Source: Rhodospirillaceae bacterium (lineage in GTDB: Bacteria > Pseudomonadota > Gammaproteobacteria > Steroidobacterales > Rariloculaceae). From it: a stretch of DNA of 64,000 bases. The notes under the pieces were generated by a model. That model was not told where the DNA came from. It saw nothing but the letters and a program-made list of their open reading frames with translations, and searched no databases. Where the stretch lies: the NCBI GenBank assembly GCA_002718345.1, contig PBDA01000017.1:17884-81883 (forward strand), in the 5' to 3' direction. Below, piece after piece: positions 43,520 to 52,188 of this stretch (the first letter of the stretch is position 1; each line of letters opens with the position of its first letter). Both the position numbers and the translations under genes were made by a program.

Positions 43520-44569
43520 TTAAAAACTGAATTGATATCCCAGTGTCATCTGGTTTTCCAGTTTGAGTTGAGGTCCCTCTAGGTCTTGATGAATTGGTAC
43601 TAGATACTCTAAACCGATACGGTGACCATTCTCCATAGCAAAATTTAGTCCCAGACCGATGCTTATTATTTTGGCGCCATAGTTATCCGGGTCTGCTGTT
43701 TGTACAGGACCCATAATATTGGAATCCATGCCTTGAATTTTCGCTCTGTCAAAATATTCTAAGCGTGTTGACCAACTGAAATTGGATGCAAAGGATCTAC
43801 TATACCAACCATTAATGCGATGTTCGTCACCAAGTGTATAGCCCTCATCATTAGTATCAGTTCGAATGGTACTTAGCCATTGTCCACCCCAACTCCAACT
43901 ATCATAAAACCTTGAATAGGTTAGGCCGCCGATCACATCTGTAGTTCCTGAGCCAAGTTGCATACCGTAAGGAGCTCGTATTGTTGGATTCATTCCCATT
44001 GGGTTAAGAATCGTAGCTGTCTGGTCAAGTTCACCAGTTGGCAATGAAATTCCTGCTGTGATATGCAGTCTATCTGACTGTGTTTCACGAACTCTGATTA
44101 AAGAACTAAGCTTTGTATCTCCTATGCCGCTGGTTTGTGTGGTGAAGCTACCACGGACTGTTGTTCCCATCATTCCCTTATATGTCAAATGAGACATTTC
44201 ATTTTCTAATTTGTTGATCATTACCATTAGGGTTAGCCAGTCGGTAGGAGCGAACATGGCTCCCAGCATATGCATGTTCATTGTCATTTCGGTAGGTACA
44301 ATGCGCAGAGTCGGTGGTTGACCTTCCATAGATGAGAATCGATTGGGTATTGTTGAAGCTATTAGGTCTGATGATATTTTGCTAGTGCCTAGTTGACTCT
44401 CTTTCATAGTCATTGGCATATAACGATACGAAATCATAAATTCGCCGGCCTCATGATAATGGTCTCCCATAATACTTATAGGCGCATGATCATCAGCACG
44501 AACCTGTGAAAACGTTTCTTTAGTTACGCTGTTAAAAAACATAACAGTAATTATTAAAAATAACCGCAT
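43520..44569 (-). CDS. Outer-membrane beta-barrel 'transporter' family protein (MetA-pathway/Phenol_MetA_deg-like)
   Basis: Signal peptide from ATG 44569 (AAGGA Shine-Dalgarno), DHAPISIMGDHYHEAGEFMISYRYMPMTM, alternating strands, and C-terminal ...LGYQFSF. Confidence 0.6.
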   Translation of the reverse strand: MRLFLIITVMFFNSVTKETFSQVRADDHAPISIMGDHYHEAGEFMISYRYMPMTMKESQLGTSKISSDLIASTIPNRFSSMEGQPPTLRIVPTEMTMNMHMLGAMFAPTDWLTLMVMINKLENEMSHLTYKGMMGTTVRGSFTTQTSGIGDTKLSSLIRVRETQSDRLHITAGISLPTGELDQTATILNPMGMNPTIRAPYGMQLGSGTTDVIGGLTYSRFYDSWSWGGQWLSTIRTDTNDEGYTLGDEHRINGWYSRSFASNFSWSTRLEYFDRAKIQGMDSNIMGPVQTADPDNYGAKIISIGLGLNFAMENGHRIGLEYLVPIHQDLEGPQLKLENQMTLGYQFSF

Positions 44570-44646
44570 TTTTATTCCTTTATAAAAATACAACACACGA
44601 AAATCGGCCTGTTGCAAAGCCTGTAAGTAGTGATTTGATGGTGTAT

Positions 44647-45051
44647 CTAAATAAAGAAGGGCGGGGCCCGGGATAGAAAGCCACTAAGATATGATGAGTG
44701 TAGCCTGGTTTGGGTTAAATTTTTTTGTGTGCTGAGTATAAATTGTGGAATCAGGAAACGAATACTTGGTGTTAAAATAGTTGTATCGGCCAACGCACCA
44801 AATGGACAATGTTCCCAAAGCAAATTATGGTTTTGATTGCCTTCAGAATCATGATGATGATCATGGTGAGATTCGCTAGAAACGTCTGAGGGGATTCCCG
44901 TAGGACACAGAATTACTGGTCCCCCTTTGTCCCAAGGTGCAGCCATATAGCCAACGGGGATTAGAACACGGCACGAAAGCGCTACATACGTAAATAATAA
45001 AAGTAAGCGCCTAGCGTTCTTAAGAAATCGGTTGTTGAATTCCCGAACCAT
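44647..45051 (-). CDS. DUF2946-like small membrane/periplasmic protein with His-rich tract
   Basis: An N-terminal hydrophobic segment is followed by ILCPTG...SESHHDHHHDSEGNQNHN...EHCPFG. It starts 9 nt after the dctM stop. Confidence 0.5.
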   Translation of the reverse strand: MVREFNNRFLKNARRLLLLFTYVALSCRVLIPVGYMAAPWDKGGPVILCPTGIPSDVSSESHHDHHHDSEGNQNHNLLWEHCPFGALADTTILTPSIRFLIPQFILSTQKNLTQTRLHSSYLSGFLSRAPPFFI

Positions 45052-45060
45052 AAAAATGAT

Positions 45061-46344
45061 TTACAGAACCCCAAGCATAGTCGGTACGACCAAGGAAACC
45101 CATGGGATATACGTAACAATAATTAAAACACTAAAAAGCACTACCAGCCATGGTACTGCTGCCCTTATAACTTCTTCCATAGGCGTTTTTGCAACACTAG
45201 CTGTTACAAAAAGGTTAAGCCCAACTGGCGGAGTAACAAGTCCAATCTGCATATTCAAAACCATCATAACACCTAAATGAATTGGGTCTATTCCCATTTG
45301 GGTTGCAATTGGAAAGATGATAGGTGTGAGTATAAGTACCACAGATGTTGGTTCCATAAAGTTACCAAATACTAATAACAAAATGTTTACAACTATGAGA
45401 AAGCCCCATGGCGGCAGCCCTAGACTGATAATCCATTCAGATGCAGCTTGGGGTATCTGTTCAGTTGTTAGAACAAATGCAAATAGATAGGCATTAGCAA
45501 TAATAAACATCAACATTGCAGTTGTTTTTGCACTTTCCGTTAATACTTTGGGTACATCCTTAAATCGTATGTCTCTGTAGACAAAAACGGCGATTAGAAA
45601 TGCATACACTGCTGAAACTGCCGCTGCCTCAGTCGGGGTAAATATGCCCGCATAGATTCCGCCTAAAATAATCAGAAGGAGAACAAGACCCCACAGAGCT
45701 TCCCATCCTGCTCGTATTAATTCCTTAAAGCTTGCCTTTGGTTGACGCGGCAGGTCCTGACGCCGTGCTATAAAAGCAACCGTCCCCATCATTGCCAGTG
45801 TCAAAATGAGTCCGGGCAGCATACCTGCAATAAAAAGGTTGCCGATTGAGGATTCGGTGACAGCACCGTAGATAACCATCACCAGTGATGGGGGAATCAA
45901 AATTCCTAACGTACCAGCATTACATATCACCCCTGAGGCGAATCTTGGTGAGTAGCCTGAATTGATCATTCCTCCAATCATGACGCTACCGACAGCAACT
46001 ACTGTTGCTGGCGCAGACCCAGAAACAGCAGAGAAAAATGCACAAGCAAGTAATGCTGCCATTGCCAGACCCCCACGAAAATGTCCGACTAAGGCATTAG
46101 CGAAATCAATCATTCGTTTTGCAACACCACCTGTGGTCATAAATGTTGCGGCTAATATAAAAAAGGGTACAGCTAGCAGCGGATAGATTTGCATAGTGTG
46201 AAAAAATCGTTGAGCTAGCGACAAGAGACTCTGATCAGCAAAAAGAAGAATTGTGGATATGCTGGCAAGCCCTAAAGAAATTGCTACTGGAATGCCGACA
46301 GCCAGACATGTGAAAAGAATTATGAGTAAAAAAATTGCGCTCAT
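45061..46344 (-). CDS. dctM: TRAP transporter large permease
   Basis: 427 aa, about 12 TM, with the typical DctM sequence pattern (PFFILAATFMTTGG, LGILIPPS). Confidence 0.9.
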   Translation of the reverse strand: MSAIFLLIILFTCLAVGIPVAISLGLASISTILLFADQSLLSLAQRFFHTMQIYPLLAVPFFILAATFMTTGGVAKRMIDFANALVGHFRGGLAMAALLACAFFSAVSGSAPATVVAVGSVMIGGMINSGYSPRFASGVICNAGTLGILIPPSLVMVIYGAVTESSIGNLFIAGMLPGLILTLAMMGTVAFIARRQDLPRQPKASFKELIRAGWEALWGLVLLLIILGGIYAGIFTPTEAAAVSAVYAFLIAVFVYRDIRFKDVPKVLTESAKTTAMLMFIIANAYLFAFVLTTEQIPQAASEWIISLGLPPWGFLIVVNILLLVFGNFMEPTSVVLILTPIIFPIATQMGIDPIHLGVMMVLNMQIGLVTPPVGLNLFVTASVAKTPMEEVIRAAVPWLVVLFSVLIIVTYIPWVSLVVPTMLGVL

Positions 46345-46353
46345 CTTTCTATG

Positions 46354-46878
46354 TCATTCTTCATTGCGGTTAGCGGCACCATGATCTGCTGTCAGACCGG
46401 TTTCGGTGCCCTTATTGATTGCCCATGCAAGTTCTATAAATCTGTAGGCTAGTAGTGTAAATGCTATTGGCATAATGCCAGTCAAGACCCATCGTGGAAG
46501 CGGAATATCTCGTGCATTGTTGCCAAGGGTCATTAACCGATCAACAAATATACTGCCTCCGTAAAACATAAACCCGCAGTACAACAAACATAGTCCGACT
46601 GCTATTAATGCCACAATTCGTCGTATATGAGGCGGTAGCTTTCTTGCGAACAGGTCAACAGCGATATGACTTTTAGTACGCACGCCATAGGACATTCCAA
46701 CCAACACCATCCATGCAAAGGTATAAGTAGTTGCTTCTAGTGACCAGACCCAGCCAGCTCCGAATTCACGAAGAACAACCTGCGTAAAAGTTAGTAATGT
46801 CATAAAAGCTAGGGCCAAGGCCATAAAGCCCTCTTCTAGACGGTCTATAGTATTTTTAATTAATGTGGCTATGGACAT
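46354..46878 (-). CDS. dctQ: TRAP transporter small permease
   Basis: 174 aa, 4 TM, located between the dctP-like and dctM genes. Confidence 0.8.
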   Translation of the reverse strand: MSIATLIKNTIDRLEEGFMALALAFMTLLTFTQVVLREFGAGWVWSLEATTYTFAWMVLVGMSYGVRTKSHIAVDLFARKLPPHIRRIVALIAVGLCLLYCGFMFYGGSIFVDRLMTLGNNARDIPLPRWVLTGIMPIAFTLLAYRFIELAWAINKGTETGLTADHGAANRNEE

Positions 46879-46905
46879 TCTATGCTGGGGGCTTGTTAAT
46901 CTTTG

Positions 46906-47928
46906 CTAAAGCGCTGCCGCTGCCTCAATACGTTCAACACCAATTTGTTCTTCGAATTGTTGCCATACAGGCGCCATTGATTCTCGCCATGCAGAAAGTT
47001 CTTCACTGTTCAGCGTCACAATTTCGCTGCGTCCAGATGTCGCTACGCTTTGTCTTGCTTCCTGATTTATTTGTTCTGATTGAGCATTGCCCCAAGCAGT
47101 TGCCTCTTTGAGCGCCTCTTCTACTCCAGATCGTATATCTTCAGGAAGTGATCCCCAGAAATCTGGATTCACTGCTACGAAGTAGCCGATATAACCATGA
47201 TTTGTTTCCATAACATATGGCTGTACTTCAAAAAATTTAGAAGAAAAAATGTTGGACCATGTATTTTCCTGTGCATCAATTGCGCCAGTTTGAAGCGCTT
47301 GATAAACCTCTCCCAAAGCCATTTTTTGAGGATTACCTCCAATCGCTTGAACTTGAGCCTGCAACACATCAGATTCCATTATTCGGAATTTTAAGCCACG
47401 AGCATCTTCTGGAATACGTAAAGGCTCGGGACCAGAAAACTGTTTCATGCCGTTATGCCAAAAGGCGAGCCCTAAGAAACCTTTATCCGTGATGACATTT
47501 AGTAGGTCCTGCCCAGCTGGGCTAGCTTGAAACTCTTCAACTTTATTTAGATCTGAGAATAAAAAAGGCAAATCGAAAATCTGGAACGCTTGAGTAAGGC
47601 GATCAAACTTAGAGAGTGAGACCGCAATCATTTGAATTTCTCCAAAAGCTAGTGCTTCGAGAGAGTCATCATCATTCATAAGTTGACTAGAGGGGTAAAC
47701 TTCTACTGAAACTCGATCGGGATATCGAGCTTCAACAAGCTCTTTAAACCGCTGGGCAGTTTGTCCTTTTGGTGTACCAGGTGCAGTAACATGCGGGAAT
47801 TTAATGAGGTAAGAATCTTGGGTTGTTTGACCTCCATCCATCCCGCCACTGCAGGCATACAACATTAAGGTCATTGCCACCAAAGTAACGATTCGTGCGT
47901 GATTCCAAAAATCAATTAGGTTCTGCAT
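46906..47928 (-). CDS. dctP: TRAP transporter substrate-binding protein
   Basis: DctP-family pattern (PKGQTAQRFKELVE.., FWHNGMKQF, RIMES.V). ATG 47928 gives a signal/lipobox-like MLYACSGG. The track start at 47988 is an alternative. Confidence 0.85.
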   Translation of the reverse strand: MQNLIDFWNHARIVTLVAMTLMLYACSGGMDGGQTTQDSYLIKFPHVTAPGTPKGQTAQRFKELVEARYPDRVSVEVYPSSQLMNDDDSLEALAFGEIQMIAVSLSKFDRLTQAFQIFDLPFLFSDLNKVEEFQASPAGQDLLNVITDKGFLGLAFWHNGMKQFSGPEPLRIPEDARGLKFRIMESDVLQAQVQAIGGNPQKMALGEVYQALQTGAIDAQENTWSNIFSSKFFEVQPYVMETNHGYIGYFVAVNPDFWGSLPEDIRSGVEEALKEATAWGNAQSEQINQEARQSVATSGRSEIVTLNSEELSAWRESMAPVWQQFEEQIGVERIEAAAAL

Positions 47929-48150
47929 TTTTTTACCTTTGTTGCTGTCTGTCATCAAATTAATGTTATCTTTTATTTTTTCTAGCACTAACTATATAAA
48001 CCCTATTATTCCAGATTCTGATGTATATAGCGTATATAGTTATAACTTTAGTTACTAATTAGCACTTATCCTGATTTGCTGGAATCAAATAGGAACCCAT
48101 TTTTATTGAAACCTTGATGAATAAGTCGGTTATTTGTATGAGCGATTACT

Positions 48151-48903
48151 TTGGGTGAACTAACCTGGGATGCTTGGTTAATTGTTGCTTTTGCGCTTGC
48201 TGCGGGAGGGTTAACAAAAGGAATTACGGGGTTAGGGTTGCCGGCGGTTGCGGTGCCTATAATGGCAAGTTTTCTTGGCGTTAAGGATGCAGTGATGATT
48301 ATGCTGTTTCCTACGCTAATCACTAACGCTTGGTTATCTTGGAGAGAACGAGATACTCGCTTTGAAATTCCTGAATTACCGTGGCTTCTATTGGCTGGAA
48401 TCCCGGGTATCGGGCTTGGAGCAGCTATTTTGTTTGTTGCTAGTCCAAGACTTCTAGCGACAGTATTATCTGTTTGGGTACTGGTTTATCTTGCGTTAAG
48501 GATTTTGCACCCGGAACTCCAATTATCAACAAAAGCACGTCTTGGGTTTGCTCCTCCTGTGGGATTTGCTTGTGGTGCTCTTCAGGGCGCAACGGGTATC
48601 TGTGCTCCTGTAATTGTGCCTTATGTGGATGCATTGGGAGTAGGCCCACGCACCTATGTTTTTGCGTTTTCAACGGTTTTTATGTTTTTGGGGTTTGGCC
48701 ATATCACAATTCTTGGAGTGCTTGGGGCATATCCTCAGGAACAACTAATTCAAAGTTTGATTGCTGTAGTTCCAGCTATGTTTTTTGTGCCAATTGGAAG
48801 AAGGTTGCGGAATTACATCCATCCAGATACTTTTGGGCTATTGATCAGGGTCGTGCTTTTTGTAACAGCAGTTAGACTATTTCATGGGGCTTGGTTTGCC
48901 TGA
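48151..48903 (+). CDS. TauE/SafE (TSUP) family anion exporter
   Basis: About 8 TM with duplicated GG.TKGITGLG / GALQGATGI motifs. TTG start. Confidence 0.7.
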   Translation: MGELTWDAWLIVAFALAAGGLTKGITGLGLPAVAVPIMASFLGVKDAVMIMLFPTLITNAWLSWRERDTRFEIPELPWLLLAGIPGIGLGAAILFVASPRLLATVLSVWVLVYLALRILHPELQLSTKARLGFAPPVGFACGALQGATGICAPVIVPYVDALGVGPRTYVFAFSTVFMFLGFGHITILGVLGAYPQEQLIQSLIAVVPAMFFVPIGRRLRNYIHPDTFGLLIRVVLFVTAVRLFHGAWFA

Positions 48904-49007
48904 TATCCGCTAAGTGTAGCTAATAGTTCAGATTATTTGAGTCAGTTTATCAATTAGCCAACTTCTTTTTGGGCTACACTACACGCTTGAAACAGTAGGA
49001 AATCCAG

Positions 49008-49331
49008 ATGCCAACGTATGTTTATGAATCAATTCCTCTAGGAGATGAGCTGCCAGATCGTTTCGAGCTTGTTCAGGGCATGAATGATGAGCCAATATCA
49101 TCTCACCCTGAAACTGGTAGGCCGGTAAGGCGCGTTATAACAGGCGGACTAGGGGTTATGGGTAAACCAATACGCCGGAGTACAGTGATTAATAAATCTT
49201 TAGCAGCAGCCACCCCTTGCGGGTGCAGTAGAGATACATTAGCTCAGAGCGTTCGTCCACAACACGATAAACCACGCTTAACTTCGGCTAAAGTTTGTAA
49301 TAGTCACGGTTCTCGCCCGCACCGTCACTAA
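49008..49331 (+). CDS. FmdB-like small protein lacking the zinc-ribbon cysteines
   Basis: The N-terminus MPTYVYES...RFELVQGMNDEPISSHPETGRPVRRVIT parallels the FmdB CxxC_CxxC_SSSS pattern MPxYEYxCxxCG..FE..Q...D.P...CPxCGG.V.R.IS, but without the four Cys. Confidence 0.55.
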   Translation: MPTYVYESIPLGDELPDRFELVQGMNDEPISSHPETGRPVRRVITGGLGVMGKPIRRSTVINKSLAAATPCGCSRDTLAQSVRPQHDKPRLTSAKVCNSHGSRPHRH

Positions 49332-49416
49332 AGTGTTAATAAATTGATTGCGCCTATCATCACTATCTTGCGTTGATTAATAAGCAGTCATTTTAAATGA
49401 TGAGAATGAGGAAATT

Positions 49417-50688
49417 ATGACAACGAACGAGATATCTCCAAACTGGAGCTGGGACAGGCCAATAGCTGCTCCTGGGGCTATGTCTGTGGATTTTGAAGAG
49501 CGCGTAAATTTTGATCGCCTTCGCGATTACCGGGTGGCTCGAACCCGTGCTGCCCTGCAAAACTCATCGTTGGGCGCAGTTTTGTGTTTTGATAACAATA
49601 ATATTCGATATATTACCAGTAGTGTGATTGGCGAGTGGTCTAGAGATAAGATCTGTCGGTACGCACTATTTACAGGTAACTCTGATCCCTATTTGTGGGA
49701 TTTTGGTTCGGCCGCAACTCATCATCGTCTTTTTGCCCCATGGTTAGATCCCGATAGATGCAAGGCCGGTATGTTGGGATTGCGTGGTTCAGTAGCAGAG
49801 GAGGCCGGCCTATTTAGGCAGGCTGCTGAGGAAATTAAACAGTTATTGCAGGTCGAAGGTGTAGCGGATATGCCGCTAGGTGTTGATATCTGTGAGCCTC
49901 CAATGATGTTCGCATTACAAGCGGTTGGACTTGAGGTTCGGGATGGTCAGCAAATGATGCTGGATGCTCGTCAAATCAAGAGTATGGACGAGATAATTTT
50001 GTTAAACCAATCAGCTGCAATAGTCGATGGAGCTTATCAGGGTATTGCGGAAGCACTAAAACCCGGTGCAAGAGAAAATCAAATGGTCGCTTTGGCTAAT
50101 AAGTTGCTATATGAAAATGGCTCAGATGATGTTGAGGCTATAAATGCAGTTTCCGGGGAACGTTGTAGTCCGCACCCACACAATTTCACAGATCGTATGT
50201 ATAGACCTGGAGATCAGGCTTTCTTCGATATTATTCAGTCTTACCTAGGTTATCGGACTTGTTATTACCGTACTTTAAACGTTGGCTTGGCAACAACTGC
50301 TCAGCAGGATGCCTATCGTCGTGCTAGGGAGTGGATTGATATTGCTATTGATATGGTTAGGCCTGGTGTTACAACTGATAAAATCGCAGAGAAATGGCCA
50401 GCAGCAACGGAATTTGGCTTCGCTAATGAGATGGAAGCCTTTGGGTTACAGTTTGGTCATGGGGTAGGACTTGCGTTACATGAGCGGCCAATTATTAGCC
50501 GACTTGTGTCTTTTGATAACCCATTTGAGATACAAGAAGGAATGGTATTTGCCCTTGAAACATATTGTCCAGCTGCTGATGGAAATGGAGCGGCACGCAT
50601 TGAGGAAGAGGTTGTTGTAACTCCAGATGGGTGTCGAGTTATTACTCTATTCCCAGCTCAAGATCTATTTATAGCAAACCAATACTAA
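49417..50688 (+). CDS. M24-family (creatinase/prolidase fold) hydrolase with non-canonical metal ligand
   Basis: Creatinase_N-like NIRYITS, and a pita-bread core GDQAFFDIIQSYLGYRTCYYRT, GHGVGLALHERP, GMVFALE, RIEEEVVVT. Confidence 0.75.
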   Translation: MTTNEISPNWSWDRPIAAPGAMSVDFEERVNFDRLRDYRVARTRAALQNSSLGAVLCFDNNNIRYITSSVIGEWSRDKICRYALFTGNSDPYLWDFGSAATHHRLFAPWLDPDRCKAGMLGLRGSVAEEAGLFRQAAEEIKQLLQVEGVADMPLGVDICEPPMMFALQAVGLEVRDGQQMMLDARQIKSMDEIILLNQSAAIVDGAYQGIAEALKPGARENQMVALANKLLYENGSDDVEAINAVSGERCSPHPHNFTDRMYRPGDQAFFDIIQSYLGYRTCYYRTLNVGLATTAQQDAYRRAREWIDIAIDMVRPGVTTDKIAEKWPAATEFGFANEMEAFGLQFGHGVGLALHERPIISRLVSFDNPFEIQEGMVFALETYCPAADGNGAARIEEEVVVTPDGCRVITLFPAQDLFIANQY

Positions 50689-50726
50689 TTAGTCTTATCC
50701 CCTTCATTTAGAGCAATTCTACTGTT

Positions 50727-52154
50727 ATGAAAACTGAACTTTTTATTGGAGGCAATTGGGTCTCCGCATCCGATGGAGAAACATTTCCTGTCGAGGATCC
50801 AGCAACGGAACAAACCATTGCTCACGTGGCTAGCGCGTCTGTTGATGATGTAACGAAAGCTGTGGACGTGGCTCATGAGCAGGGAATTGAATGGGCAAGA
50901 CGGAAACCCCGAGAGAGAGCCGAGGTGCTCCGTTGTGCTTGGGAAATGCTAAGTTCTCGACGAGAGAAAATTGCAGAATTAATAGTACGGGAAAATGGTA
51001 AAGCTCTTAATGATGCGTATGGTGAAACAGACTATGCAATTGAGTTTTTTCGGTGGTACTCAGAAGAGGCTGTTAGAAATTATGGCGAAATCTTAGATTC
51101 ACCCTTAGGTAATAATCGAATAGTGGTAGTCAATCAGCCCATTGGAGTTAGCGTGCTTGTCACGCCATGGAATTATCCAGCTGCGATGGCTACCAGGAAA
51201 ATTGCTCCTGCTCTTGCGGCAGGTTGTCCGGTAATTCTAAAGCCAGCTTCAGATACTCCCTTGACTGCGCTCTTTGTGGCTGAAATTCTAACAGAAGCAG
51301 GGGTTCCTTCTGGTGTTATGAATGTAGTGCCATCTAGGCGATCAAGTGAGGTTGTTAGTGCGCTTCTTCATAATCCGCTTGTTCGTAAACTGTCCTTTAC
51401 TGGTTCAACAGAAGTTGGGCGTGCTCTTTTACGAGAAGCGTCTGATTGTATTGTAGATTGCTCAATGGAATTGGGGGGTAATGCACCTTTTCTGGTATTT
51501 GATGATGCTGATATTGATGCGGCGGTAAGTGGCGCAATGATTGCTAAAATGAGAAATGGTGGTGAGGCTTGCACAGCCGCTAATCGTTTCTATGCTCATG
51601 AGAACATATACGAGGAATTCACTGAAAAGTTTTCCGCTGCCATGGCAGCAATGAAAGTAGGGCCTGGGCTTGAATCTGGTGTCGAGCTTGGTCCTATGGT
51701 CAATGCATGGGCGATTAAGGACATTGATCGCTTAGTAGAGGATGCAAAAAGTAAGGGGTCAGACGTGATTACTGGCGGTGCACCTTTGGATCGCACTGGT
51801 CATTTTTACCCGCCTACTGTATTAGCTGGTGTGCCAAACGAAGCAGATATCCTAACAGAGGAAGTATTCGGGCCTGTCGCTCCGGTTGTTGCTTTCAGCG
51901 ATGAAGATGAAGTAATTAATGCAGCGAATAATACGGAGTATGGTTTGGTTTCTTACTTGTACACAGGAAATTTGGAAAGAGGTATGGCTATTTCAGAGAG
52001 GCTAGACGCAGGCATGATTGGTTTGAATCGAGGGCTAGTATCAGATCCAGCGGCACCATTTGGCGGTACCAAACAAAGTGGCTTGGGTCGAGAAGGTTCA
52101 CACGAGGGGATGATGGAATATATGGAGAAAAAGTACATCGCTGTTGAATGGTAG
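50727..52154 (+). CDS. NAD(P)-dependent aldehyde dehydrogenase, succinate-semialdehyde dehydrogenase-like
   Basis: VTPWNYP, FTGSTEVG, ELGGNAP and the catalytic-Cys segment GEACTAANR. Confidence 0.85.
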   Translation: MKTELFIGGNWVSASDGETFPVEDPATEQTIAHVASASVDDVTKAVDVAHEQGIEWARRKPRERAEVLRCAWEMLSSRREKIAELIVRENGKALNDAYGETDYAIEFFRWYSEEAVRNYGEILDSPLGNNRIVVVNQPIGVSVLVTPWNYPAAMATRKIAPALAAGCPVILKPASDTPLTALFVAEILTEAGVPSGVMNVVPSRRSSEVVSALLHNPLVRKLSFTGSTEVGRALLREASDCIVDCSMELGGNAPFLVFDDADIDAAVSGAMIAKMRNGGEACTAANRFYAHENIYEEFTEKFSAAMAAMKVGPGLESGVELGPMVNAWAIKDIDRLVEDAKSKGSDVITGGAPLDRTGHFYPPTVLAGVPNEADILTEEVFGPVAPVVAFSDEDEVINAANNTEYGLVSYLYTGNLERGMAISERLDAGMIGLNRGLVSDPAAPFGGTKQSGLGREGSHEGMMEYMEKKYIAVEW

Positions 52155-52188
52155 TAAATCAAATTTTTTGATTGGGTTAGCATGAAGT

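Noticed and set aside
48066-48875. ORFs 48066-48323 (-), 48440-48673 (-) and 48474-48875 (+).
   Set aside because: They are alternative frames of the TauE/SafE-like membrane gene, with Cys/Ser-rich or low-complexity translations.
49417-50688. Calling the M24 protein a DddP DMSP lyase or a DoeA ectoine hydrolase, given the nearby TRAP transporter and dehydrogenases.
   Set aside because: The resemblance I can see by eye is limited to generic creatinase_N/M24 motifs. Partner genes (doeB, a transaminase, dddA/C-type sets) are absent. I kept this only as a hypothesis to test.
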